The notes beneath the pieces were generated by a model. It was not told the origin of the DNA. It saw nothing but the letters and a program-made list of their open reading frames with translations, and made no database searches. A stretch of 64,000 bases of DNA from positions 129,187 to 193,186 of the forward strand of contig JAZDFA010000007.1 in the NCBI GenBank assembly GCA_043808285.1, in the 5' to 3' direction. This document shows, in pieces, positions 1-7,841 of the stretch. Every line of letters starts with the position of its first letter. Position 1 is the first letter of the stretch. The stretch comes from an archaeon (GTDB lineage Archaea > Nanobdellota > Nanobdellia > Pacearchaeales > DTIR01). The position numbers and the translations under genes are program-made.

Positions 1-459
1 CAGGCTCATAAATATGGATTAATTGCTATTGGAATAACTGCTGTTGGAAGCAATCCTGAACTTCAAAAATTAGTAAAAGGCGAGAGAGAGGATAAAAAAG
101 AACTTGATGAAAAAGACAAGAAAGAAGCAGTAAAGTATCTCAAGCATGCAGCAAGAATTCTTTCAGAGAATGGGGCAGATATAGTAAAAACATATTACTG
201 TGATGGTTTTGAAGAGGTTATTGATGCTTGCCTTTCTCCAATTATAATTGCGGGTGGAACAAAAAAACCTGCGAAAGAGGCATTAAACTTTACATACAAT
301 GCAATAAAGGCGGGAGCTGTCGGCGTTGATATGGGAAGAAATATTTTCCAAAATGAAAATCCTGTTGCAATGATAAAGGCTATGAGGGAAATAGTCCATA
401 ATGGAAAAACAGCTGAAGAAGCATATGACTTCTACAAGAAAGCAAGCATGAAACAATAG
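1..459 (+). CDS. DhnA-family class I aldolase (fructose-bisphosphate aldolase / ADH-synthase type), C-terminal part; the 5' end lies outside the window
   Basis: Frame 1 is open from base 1 to TAG at 457-459 and is absent from the ORF track because it has no start. The translation GADIVKTYYCDGFEEVIDAC..IIIAGGTKK..GAVGVDMGRNIFQ fits the C-terminal pattern of archaeal class I aldolases. Confidence 0.65.
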   Translation, partial: QAHKYGLIAIGITAVGSNPELQKLVKGEREDKKELDEKDKKEAVKYLKHAARILSENGADIVKTYYCDGFEEVIDACLSPIIIAGGTKKPAKEALNFTYNAIKAGAVGVDMGRNIFQNENPVAMIKAMREIVHNGKTAEEAYDFYKKASMKQ

Positions 460-477
460 AAAAAATCTTTATAAAAA

Positions 478-1512
478 ATGAAAGTCGGAATGTATTACAA
501 TAACAGCAAAGTACTTGTTGAAGAAATGCCTGTTCCTGAAGTTCATGATGATGACTTGCTTCTAAAAGTTAATGCCTGTGGAATATGCGGCAGCGACATA
601 ATGGAATGGTACAGAATCAAGAAAGCGCCTCTTGTTCTGGGTCATGAGATTACAGGAGAAATTGTTGAAACTGGAAAGAATGTTAAAAAATTCAAGAAAG
701 GAGACAGAGTCTTTTCAACTCATCATGTTCCCTGCAATGAGTGCTATTACTGCATTACGGGCCATGAAACTGCATGCGAAACATTTCATACAAAAAATAA
801 CTTTAGTCCTGGAGGATTTGCAGAATATCTAAGAGTTTCTGGAAAAAGCGTTGATACAGGAACTATAAAACTTCCTGATGATGTTTCTTACGAGCAAGGA
901 ACATTTATCGAGCCTCTTGGGACAGTTGTAAGGGGGTTAAGAAGAGCAGAATTAAAGCCCGGAGACAGTGTTCTTGTTCTTGGAAGTGGGCTTGCGGGAT
1001 TGCTGAACATAAATCTCTCAAAAGCACTCGGCGCAGGAAGAATAATTTCAACTGACGTAAATGATTACAGATTAAATGCTGCAAAAATATTTGGCGCAGA
1101 ATATGCATTTAATGCAAAAGAGGACATTCAAAAACTTGTAAGAAATGCAAATGAAGGCAGATTAGCAGACAAGGTGATAGTATGCACAGGCAGTTTGTCT
1201 GCAATGTCTCAAGCATTGCAGTCTGTTGAAAGAGGAGGCACAATATTGTTTTTTGCTGTTCCTAAACCTGAAGAACTTGTTAGTATAGACTTAAATCCGT
1301 ACTGGAGAAATGATATAAGCATCAAGACAAGCTACGGAGCAGCCCCTTTAGACAATAAACAGGCTTTAGAGCTTATAAGAGCCAAGAATGTAGATGTTGA
1401 TGAGATGATAACACAAAGATTAAGCCTTGAAGAGATTGCAGAAGGATTCAGGCTTGCAAGCGAAGGCAAAGAATGCCTGAAAGTCGTAATAAAGCCGCAT
1501 AAAAATGAATGA
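478..1512 (+). CDS. Zinc-dependent alcohol dehydrogenase (MDR superfamily, threonine/sorbitol dehydrogenase-like)
   Basis: 344 aa. It has the CGICGSD and GHEITGEIVETG zinc-ADH motifs, the structural-zinc cysteines CNECYYC, and a GSGLAG nucleotide-binding motif. Confidence 0.85.
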   Translation: MKVGMYYNNSKVLVEEMPVPEVHDDDLLLKVNACGICGSDIMEWYRIKKAPLVLGHEITGEIVETGKNVKKFKKGDRVFSTHHVPCNECYYCITGHETACETFHTKNNFSPGGFAEYLRVSGKSVDTGTIKLPDDVSYEQGTFIEPLGTVVRGLRRAELKPGDSVLVLGSGLAGLLNINLSKALGAGRIISTDVNDYRLNAAKIFGAEYAFNAKEDIQKLVRNANEGRLADKVIVCTGSLSAMSQALQSVERGGTILFFAVPKPEELVSIDLNPYWRNDISIKTSYGAAPLDNKQALELIRAKNVDVDEMITQRLSLEEIAEGFRLASEGKECLKVVIKPHKNE

Positions 1513-1921
1513 ATATAGATTGGAGCATTTTGGATTGATTGTTTCTAATATTGAGAAATCTGCTGAATTTTACAAGAAAAATTTTGGATTTTCAGAAGTA
1601 AAGCAATTTGAAAAGCCTGATTTGGAAATAAGAGGATTGATAATGAAACTAGGGAATTTTGCAATTGAACTGCTTCAGCCTTATTCAGAAACAGATTCTA
1701 AGGAATGTATTAAAGAAAACATTGAAGGCAAAAGATCTCCTAAAGGATTATTCAAGAAAATAGCATCAGGTCATATTGCTTTGAGTGTTCCTGATATTAA
1801 TTCTGCCTATCAAAATCTGAAAGAAAACAATGCTGATATTCTAACAGAAATAATTGAATATAGATATTTTTTCTGCAGAGATTTGGACAATATCTTGCTG
1901 GAAATAAGGCAAAGAAAGTAA
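1505..1921 (+). CDS. VOC / glyoxalase-family protein (methylmalonyl-CoA epimerase-like)
   Basis: 138 aa. The N-terminal LEHFGLIVSNIEKSAEFYKKNFGF and the later GHIALSVPDI are typical of the VOC fold. It overlaps the ADH stop by 8 nt (ATGAATGA), suggesting an operon. Confidence 0.65.
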   Translation: MNEYRLEHFGLIVSNIEKSAEFYKKNFGFSEVKQFEKPDLEIRGLIMKLGNFAIELLQPYSETDSKECIKENIEGKRSPKGLFKKIASGHIALSVPDINSAYQNLKENNADILTEIIEYRYFFCRDLDNILLEIRQRK

Positions 1922-1983
1922 AATAATTTTTATTTTCAAAGAGTTTAGATGGATTTTTATAGTTTAAATAATTAGGAGGATTA

Positions 1984-2367
1984 ATGGGAAAAGCAGAGTT
2001 ATTGATTGATGAGGACATAACCAAATACAAGGGAAATTGGATTGCTGTATACAACAAGAAAGTTATAGCTTATGGAAATAACCTAAAAGAAGTCCATGAG
2101 AATGCCTCTAAATTATATTCGAGCGATCAATTCTTCCTTCATAAAATTCCTGAAAACTCTTATCCTTTTCTTTTCAACTTTTCCAGTGGATTATTGAAAA
2201 CACGAAACTTGTTTTCTACACCTCGGGAAGTCTCGCAATTCAGGTCGGGTTTGGAAAAAAGCACAAAAGAAGCTTTCAAAAGAATAGACCGGAACAAAAG
2301 AGAGACGCTTGCAGAAAGCATGAGCCTTATTTTAGAGGGATATAGACATAATTTATTTCTAATTTAG
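1984..2367 (+). CDS. Hypothetical protein (the N-terminal ~50 aa resemble the small archaeal DUF5678-type domain)
   Basis: 127-aa ORF with a GGAGG motif 5-9 nt upstream. The segment KYKGNWIAVYNKKVIAYGNNLKEVHENA is recognised only weakly. Confidence 0.35.
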   Translation: MGKAELLIDEDITKYKGNWIAVYNKKVIAYGNNLKEVHENASKLYSSDQFFLHKIPENSYPFLFNFSSGLLKTRNLFSTPREVSQFRSGLEKSTKEAFKRIDRNKRETLAESMSLILEGYRHNLFLI

Positions 2368-2457
2368 GACTCTGTTTAGGCTGCAAGGGTAGGATTTTTA
2401 TTTTAAAAGGAGGGTTAATTTAAGAAAGTTTTTAAACTGATATTTCTGGACAGAAAT

Positions 2458-2676
2458 ATGAAAAGTTACAAAGGACTTTATGTCCCTGAAAAAATAGAAT
2501 TGTCTTTTGGAAAGGGATATGTGAATCTAAAATACAAAGGAATGAACCACAGCAGGGTTACATTAAGCGGCCACTTCACTCCCGAGGATATAAAAAAAGC
2601 AATTGGCGATTTGGAGATAAGAGTAGGCCGGGAGAGAAGAGCAGAATTTCGTGGCGAGAGAAGAAGCAGGGAATAG
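2458..2676 (+). pseudogene. Short ORF, possibly a truncated and diverged paralog of the C-terminal nuclease module of 4130..5020
   Basis: GLYVPEKIELSFGKGYVN..HFTPEDIKKAIGDLE..RAEFRGERR lines up by eye with DFYLPDYDYYIEFYGGFPG..FITPDELRDLDTAIKKEL..RSFGEGSV of the intact gene. Confidence 0.3.
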
Positions 2677-2752
2677 AAGGCTGGGAGATTTCTTATCAGT
2701 TTTAGAGAGTTTGGGGAATAAATTTTTATAGATTGATTTTTTCACTAATAAG

Positions 2753-2977
2753 ATGATAACTGGAGACATGGTGGGGTGGGCAAGCAATATATTTTTTGTT
2801 TTGGGTGCTATTTTAATTGCCCGAAAAAATAAGCTGGGATTTTATGCCAATATTGTTGGCAATTCCGGGTACGTCATTCAGGGAATAATGCTTGGAATTA
2901 CAAGCATAGGGGCAATTTCTGTGATGTTGGTCTGCCTTAATATATATGGGCTGATTTACTGGGGAAAGAAGGGCTGA
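2753..2977 (+). CDS. Small three-helix membrane protein, PnuC-like half-unit
   Basis: 74 aa with three hydrophobic segments. W..N....LGAILIARKN..F..NIVG...Y......L and the C-terminal NIYGLIYWG resemble the conserved pattern of one triple-helix repeat of PnuC transporters. Confidence 0.35.
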   Translation: MITGDMVGWASNIFFVLGAILIARKNKLGFYANIVGNSGYVIQGIMLGITSIGAISVMLVCLNIYGLIYWGKKG

Positions 2978-3081
2978 TTTTTCAAGCAGATTATCTCTAT
3001 TGATAATCAAAAGTGAGGTGACGCGGGGGTTTCTTGGTTTTACAGAAAGAAGTTTTGAGAGACAGAAAGAATTAAATTTGT

Positions 3082-4074
3082 ATGCCTCTAATAATATTGA
3101 ATAAGCCTAAAAAAATGAAATTAGACATAAAGAGTTATTTTTCAACAAGAATAAGAGCTAGATTAGCAGAGTTCATAGTCTCTGAAGTGGCAAGGGGCAT
3201 TTTAACAACTAAATATCCTCCGGAAATTTTAGAAGAAGAATTCTTTAATATCATTCCTAAAGAAGAAAAAGATTTCTTAAAAAAATATTGGACAACTTTT
3301 GATATCTTTAAGCCTATCTTTGAAATTATTGATGAAATCCCAGTATACGAAGATTTTATTCTATATGAGGTTAAGAGCAAAGTAATAACTGAGAAGAATC
3401 AAAGAGAATTAGAAAATCCAATTATAAGATTATCCTTAAATCAAAAACAATTCCTAGATGAATCTAAGAAGTTAGGCATTGCTGTGAAGTTTTTTTTAGT
3501 TTTCTTTTTGAAAGACTGGGAAGTCCAATACAATGAATTTGATATAGATAATTTAAGTGCTTATACTAAACCAAATTCAGTTTGGAATGAAGAAAGAATG
3601 AAAAGAATAAAGTCTTCAAAACTAAGCCAATTTTGGAATGATTTATTCCCAGATAGAGTTTTATACCGCATAGATGAAAAAGAATTAGAAAAAGAAGAAA
3701 AAAAGCAATCTGAAAATTATCTAAAAGAGATTGTAAGGACTCCCTTAAATGATTTTGAGAAAAAAATGTTGATCGAACGTGCAAAAAAGAAAAATAAACC
3801 TACGCCAAAATTTTTAGAAGAGGAGCATTATGAAAGAGCAGAGTATGACAAAATAAAAAATGGAAAAAGAATAAAAATTGGAGAGGATTATCTGGACAGA
3901 GTACAGAAGATAAAGGAGACTTTTTCAAATGCCTATGAGCCTTGGGAAAAAGAAGAGGAAGATAGGCTAAGAGAGTTATTTTCTGAAGAATCAAAGATTA
4001 AGGAAATCTCCAAAATTTTAAAAAGACAGCCAGGAGCTATTAAATCTAGATTAAAGAAGATTGGTCTTCTATAA
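3082..4074 (+). CDS. Hypothetical protein with a putative PD-(D/E)xK nuclease-like N-terminal region and a C-terminal Myb/sigma-r4-like HTH
   Basis: 330 aa. It has a D..(n)..LYEVKSK motif, a charged coiled middle, and a C-terminal PWEKEEEDRLRELF..SKIKEISKILKRQPGAIKSRLKKIGL typical of short Myb/SANT-like HTH modules. Confidence 0.4.
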   Translation: MPLIILNKPKKMKLDIKSYFSTRIRARLAEFIVSEVARGILTTKYPPEILEEEFFNIIPKEEKDFLKKYWTTFDIFKPIFEIIDEIPVYEDFILYEVKSKVITEKNQRELENPIIRLSLNQKQFLDESKKLGIAVKFFLVFFLKDWEVQYNEFDIDNLSAYTKPNSVWNEERMKRIKSSKLSQFWNDLFPDRVLYRIDEKELEKEEKKQSENYLKEIVRTPLNDFEKKMLIERAKKKNKPTPKFLEEEHYERAEYDKIKNGKRIKIGEDYLDRVQKIKETFSNAYEPWEKEEEDRLRELFSEESKIKEISKILKRQPGAIKSRLKKIGLL

Positions 4075-4098
4075 TTTTCTTTGGATTTGCAAGTGGAA

Positions 4099-4115
4099 GA
4101 TTTTTATAGAATAGA
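4099..4115 (+). promoter_or_regulatory. TATA-box promoter of the nuclease gene (GATTTTTATAGAATAGA)
   Basis: An AT-rich TTTTATAG box lies 31 nt upstream of ATG 4130. The same 17-mer recurs at 8117-8133, 32 nt upstream of xseA. Confidence 0.5.
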
Positions 4116-4129
4116 AAGATTATCCGAAG

Positions 4130-5020
4130 ATGCCAAAAAATCCGCTGAGATATCAGAAAGGAAAAAAGAGTGCTGCGACAAGGAAAAAGATTTCTGCAAC
4201 GCTTAAAGAATATTTCAAGACGCATCCTTCGCCTTTCAAAGGCAAAAAGCATTCCGCTGCCAAAAAAAGGGAGATGAGCAGATTGAAGATTGAGTTCTTG
4301 AGGCAAAATCCTTCGTGGGCTGCGAAGAAAAGCAAGGAGATGAAGAAGTATTGCAAGAAAAATCCTGAATTTATGCGGAAGGCGCAGAAAATTTCTATTG
4401 GTTACATGAGAAAACATCCGGAGATATTGGAAAGAAGAGCGGAGAGCATAAGGCTTCGATACAAGAATGACAAGAAGCTCATAAAAAGAATATCTTTCAA
4501 GCTGAAAGAAAAATGGAAAGACCCAACTTACGCGAATCTTGTTGATTCAAGGGTTACGGCATGGTGGAGAGAGCATCCTAATATGAAAAAGGAAAGGGCA
4601 GAAGAGGCGAGAGAATACTTTCTTGCTCACCCAGAGGATTTCAGGGAGAAATTCCTTAACGCGAAAAGCAATCCGTTCAAGTGCCACATAATGACAAGAC
4701 AGGGATTCAAGGTTAGAAGCAAAGGAGAGAAAAAGATTGCAGATTATCTGTTTGAAAAAGGGATTGAGTGTGAGTATGAAAGTGAAAACTTTATTTTAGA
4801 AGGGTGGGCGTGCACCCCTGATTTCTACCTGCCAGATTATGATTATTATATTGAGTTTTACGGCGGGTTTCCCGGCAGCAGGCCCAAAAAGGTGTTAAAG
4901 AACAGGCTTTATCCGAAATACTCTGTTGCTTGTATATTCATAACGCCTGATGAGTTGAGAGATCTTGATACTGCTATTAAAAAAGAGTTGCGTAGGAGTT
5001 TCGGAGAAGGGAGCGTTTAG
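4130..5020 (+). CDS. NUMOD3-like DNA-binding repeats fused to a C-terminal PD-(D/E)xK (Vsr/restriction-endonuclease-like) nuclease; homing-endonuclease-like selfish gene
   Basis: 296 aa. There are two GKK(H)S..(K/R)KK(I/M)S motifs (NUMOD3-like) in a K/R-rich N-terminal half. The C-terminus is SKGEKKIADYLFEKGIECEYE....PDFYLPDYDYYIEFYGG. Its 3' end has several decayed copies in this window. Confidence 0.55.
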   Translation: MPKNPLRYQKGKKSAATRKKISATLKEYFKTHPSPFKGKKHSAAKKREMSRLKIEFLRQNPSWAAKKSKEMKKYCKKNPEFMRKAQKISIGYMRKHPEILERRAESIRLRYKNDKKLIKRISFKLKEKWKDPTYANLVDSRVTAWWREHPNMKKERAEEAREYFLAHPEDFREKFLNAKSNPFKCHIMTRQGFKVRSKGEKKIADYLFEKGIECEYESENFILEGWACTPDFYLPDYDYYIEFYGGFPGSRPKKVLKNRLYPKYSVACIFITPDELRDLDTAIKKELRRSFGEGSV

Positions 5021-5043
5021 AAAGGGTTAGCTATCTTATTTCC

Positions 5044-5562
5044 CTACATAATTATTGCCTCAATTTTATTTATGAAACTATAAGCGTCTTGCTTTATGCT
5101 TTCAGCTATTTCTTTTGTTGTTTGTTTTGTTACGCTATACTGTGCAATTTCTCTCTTATGTTTTGCCGCAGATAACTTTTCTATCTCTGATTTTTGTATT
5201 ATGGCATTTTTCAAAAGATCTATGTCTTCCTTAGATATTATTTTCTTTTTAAGAAAAAATTCTTCAAGCAATTTTATTGTTGCGGTGTGATTCCTGCTCT
5301 TGTATCCAATTTTCGCAATTAGGGATAATGCCGCAGCATACATTGCGTAATATCCGCAAATAACCACCCATTCATCACTGTTATAATCAGAAGGTATCTT
5401 TAGCAAATCTCTTGCTTTTTGGTTATTGTTTAGATCTGAAAGCAGGCTCATTGTGACTAAGTTAGTTCTTGCTTTTTGCAGGTATTTTTTAGAAAGATTT
5501 TTTGCAGAATCATCTTTTGAGATATATCCTCCACTGATTAGCTGCTTAATGTCATTTATCAT
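5044..5562 (-). CDS. HEPN domain protein (toxin-like partner of the upstream nucleotidyltransferase)
   Basis: 172 aa. The pattern YYAMYAAALSLIAKIGYKSRNHTATIKLL ... KHKREIAQY fits the HEPN family. It overlaps the MNT gene by 11 nt. Confidence 0.65.
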   Translation of the reverse strand: MINDIKQLISGGYISKDDSAKNLSKKYLQKARTNLVTMSLLSDLNNNQKARDLLKIPSDYNSDEWVVICGYYAMYAAALSLIAKIGYKSRNHTATIKLLEEFFLKKKIISKEDIDLLKNAIIQKSEIEKLSAAKHKREIAQYSVTKQTTKEIAESIKQDAYSFINKIEAIIM

Positions 5563-6211
5563 CTTTATACATCCAATAATAAAAATTATCTCCCCCTTTA
5601 AATGCTATTCCATACCTCTTTAAATCATGCCACAGTTCAGGATTCTCCTTTTTTATCTTAGGAAATTCGTGAATTGGCAATACTACCTGAGAAAAGTTGA
5701 TCCCGTATTTATGTTTTAATGATTTAACAAAATCCTCTGCCTCTTTTTCTTTACCTGGGATACAGGTAATAATCAAATCAACATCGCTTTGTTTATTCTC
5801 AGTTCCTTTTGAATAACTTCCAAACAAGATTACTCCCAATGAAAGGGGATTATTCTCTACTTCTTGGATTGCATTATAGACTGTTTTGTGTTTCTTAATA
5901 AATTGGACTTTTCTTTGGAGCATATACCTGATAAAACCTAGGCTATAAGAGTATGGAGTTTTTGTATCAAGAGAGTAAACAAGAGTTTTTCCTATTTGTT
6001 TTTCGATAACAATCTTTTTTTTAGTTAAAGATTTTAAGGCAGCATTAACTCTCTCATAAGAATAGTCAACTCTCTCTTGAATCTCTTTAATTGTCATCTC
6101 CTCAGCTTCTGGGAAAAAAGCAGCAATTATAGTTCCCTCTAAATGAGAAATCTCCAATTCCCCAAAAATTGCACTAAAACCTTCTTCCTGCTTTCTTTTG
6201 ATCTTTTCCAT
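5552..6211 (-). CDS. Minimal nucleotidyltransferase (MNT) with an N-terminal winged-helix domain
   Basis: 219 aa. It has the LFGSYSKGTENKQSDVDLII nucleotidyltransferase motif (GS..(n)..DxD). The N-terminal ~90 aa look like a wHTH (TIKEIQERVDYSYERVNAALKSLTKKKIV). Confidence 0.8.
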   Translation of the reverse strand: MEKIKRKQEEGFSAIFGELEISHLEGTIIAAFFPEAEEMTIKEIQERVDYSYERVNAALKSLTKKKIVIEKQIGKTLVYSLDTKTPYSYSLGFIRYMLQRKVQFIKKHKTVYNAIQEVENNPLSLGVILFGSYSKGTENKQSDVDLIITCIPGKEKEAEDFVKSLKHKYGINFSQVVLPIHEFPKIKKENPELWHDLKRYGIAFKGGDNFYYWMYKDDK

Positions 6212-6217
6212 TTTCCT

Positions 6218-6255
6218 ATTACTGATATTTCAATAATATTACTGATTTATCAGTA
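6218..6255. promoter_or_regulatory. Candidate operator of the MNT-HEPN operon
   Basis: ATTACTGAT occurs twice (6218-6226 and 6238-6246). The second copy forms the palindrome TACTGA-TTTA-TCAGTA with 6249-6255. The site lies directly upstream of the minus-strand start at 6211. Confidence 0.4.
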
Positions 6256-6647
6256 GTTAAATATCTTTCGGTTGGGGAATTATGGTGTTTTTTATAAATA
6301 TTGGAGAGGCTCCGTATCTTGATACAACGCTTATAAGCCCAACTTTCATTATTTTAAGATGGGCAAAAAAGAGGCTCTTGATTGCAAGATATCTAAGATT
6401 ATAGAAGATATCAGAGAGATAAAAGAAGAAACTGTCAAGATAAGAAACAGGCTGCAAGAATTATTCCCTATTTTTTATTCTTATCATGCTCCTTTAATCA
6501 GGTTAATTAAAGGAGCGGAGAACCTATCACCTCTGGAAGTTTTTAACCTGAGTCAGTTAGGGTATCACCACTGATTTATCCGCAAAAGAGGCATTTCATA
6601 AAGGCTAGCGGTTTTAGCAAAAAACCGCTGCCTTTTGTATTTATTGT

Positions 6648-6699
6648 GATTCTGGGGGGGGGGGTGGAAAGGGAGTTTCGGGGGAAGGGGGCGTTCTAA
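6648..6699 (+). repeat. Decayed relic of the 3' end of the 4130..5020 gene family, containing a G11 homopolymer
   Basis: GATTCTGGGGGGGGGGGTGGAAAGGGAGTTTCGGGGGAAGGGGGCGTTCTAA parallels ..GAGTTTCGGAGAAGGGAGCGTTTAG at 4993-5020 and the relic at 9575-9629. Confidence 0.5.
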
Positions 6700-6707
6700 C
6701 CAAAAAG

Positions 6708-6735
6708 TATTTAAATGTTATAACAATGTTATAAC
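6708..6735 (+). promoter_or_regulatory. TATA box followed by a tandem palindromic operator (2 x AATGTTATAAC)
   Basis: TATTTAAA at 6708-6715. AATGTTATAAC sits at 6714-6724 and again at 6725-6735, and each contains the perfect palindrome GTTATAAC. The ATG at 6739 implies a leaderless mRNA. Confidence 0.5.
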
Positions 6736-6738
6736 CTT

Positions 6739-7515
6739 ATGGAAGCAATCATAAAAGATGCTATTAAAGTAGGAAATAGTGCCGGGATTCTGCTGCCAAA
6801 ATCATGGGAAGGTGGCAAGGTTAAAGCAGTGTTAATTGAAGAGCCCTTAAACATAAAGTGGGAGGTATTAAGGATTCTTGAGCCCTATCTAAAAGACATT
6901 ATTGCAGTATTCCTTTACGGTTCTTATGCCAGAGAAGAGCATGACAAAAAATCTGATGTAGATGTCTTAGTGGTAGCAAACAGGAAAATAGATATCCCTA
7001 AAAAAAGCAGGTTTGATATTACGGTCATTACAGAGGACAAAACAGGCAAGATGAGGGACAATGACCCTATTTTCTTCTATTCGTTATTAAGAGAGGCAAA
7101 ACCAATAATAAATGCATCATTTCTTTTATCCCTGAAGAAAGAAGAGCCAAGAGCAAGTTATTTCCGGAATTTTATTGAAAGCACCAAAAGGATGATAAAA
7201 ATGAACAAGGAGTTTATAGAACTTGATAAATTGGACGGGGAATTGCTTGAATCCACCAGCGTCATTTATTCAATAATATTGAGGCTGAGAGGAGTTTTCA
7301 TTATAAACCTGATATTAGAAAAAAAAGAATATTCCAATACCCTATTCAAAAATTGGATAAAGAACAATGCTGCAGGAATTGAGTATGACAAAATTTACAA
7401 CATCTACAGAGCAATAAGGGATAAAAAAGAACCTGAAGAAGAGGGAAAAATTAAAGATGTGGAAATGCTGCTGCATCTGCTTGAAAAAGAGATAAGTAAA
7501 CTGGAGAAAAAATAA
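6739..7515 (+). CDS. AbrB/SpoVT-like DNA-binding domain fused to a nucleotidyltransferase domain
   Basis: 258 aa. The N-terminal VGNSAGILLPKSWEGGKVKAVLIEE looks like an AbrB-type swapped hairpin. It is followed by the NTase motif LYGSYAREEHDKKSDVDVLVV and a helical C-terminal half. Confidence 0.65.
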   Translation: MEAIIKDAIKVGNSAGILLPKSWEGGKVKAVLIEEPLNIKWEVLRILEPYLKDIIAVFLYGSYAREEHDKKSDVDVLVVANRKIDIPKKSRFDITVITEDKTGKMRDNDPIFFYSLLREAKPIINASFLLSLKKEEPRASYFRNFIESTKRMIKMNKEFIELDKLDGELLESTSVIYSIILRLRGVFIINLILEKKEYSNTLFKNWIKNNAAGIEYDKIYNIYRAIRDKKEPEEEGKIKDVEMLLHLLEKEISKLEKK

Positions 7516-7519
7516 AAAA

Positions 7520-7705
7520 ATGGCAAATAGAAAAAAGAGGCTTAAGAAAGGAATAGAATCTCTCAAGAAGCAGATAATGTTCCATGAAGAAAAACGGGAA
7601 AAAGCTAAAGAAGATGGAAAAGAGGAATTAGTTTCTTACTATGATGACGAGATTAAATCAAAAGAGAAGGATATAGAAAAGAAGAAGATAATTCTTGATA
7701 AATAA
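7520..7705 (+). CDS. Small lysine/glutamate-rich coiled-coil protein
   Basis: 61-aa ORF that starts 5 nt after the previous stop. It has no recognisable domain. Confidence 0.3.
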   Translation: MANRKKRLKKGIESLKKQIMFHEEKREKAKEDGKEELVSYYDDEIKSKEKDIEKKKIILDK

Positions 7706-7706
7706 G

Positions 7707-7755
7707 TTGGAAGTTAAGGGGGGGTTTCCTGGGATGGAAATGTTTAGGTTTCTAA
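7707..7755 (+). repeat. Internally deleted relic of the nuclease-gene 3' end
   Basis: GGGGGGGTTTCCTGGG (compare GGCGGGTTTCCCGGC at 4863-4877) is joined to ..ATGTTTAGGTTTCTAA (compare the relic tail at 9615-9629). Confidence 0.45.
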
Positions 7756-7841
7756 TCATTGTATTCCTGCTTTAGGTGGTAGGGTGACGCAATAAGGTTT
7801 GGTTTTGGATGGGTAGGCTTGTGTTTCGGATTTTTGTCTAG

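Noticed and set aside
6257-6574. Overlapping small ORFs 6257..6457 (-) and 6359..6574 (+) between the MNT gene and the AbrB-NTase gene
   Set aside because: They mutually overlap, have no recognisable domains, and have no clear promoter or start context, so I cannot decide whether either is real. A hairpin (GCGGTTTT..AAAACCGC, 6608-6628) follows the plus-strand ORF, so that one may be expressed, but the evidence is too thin to annotate.
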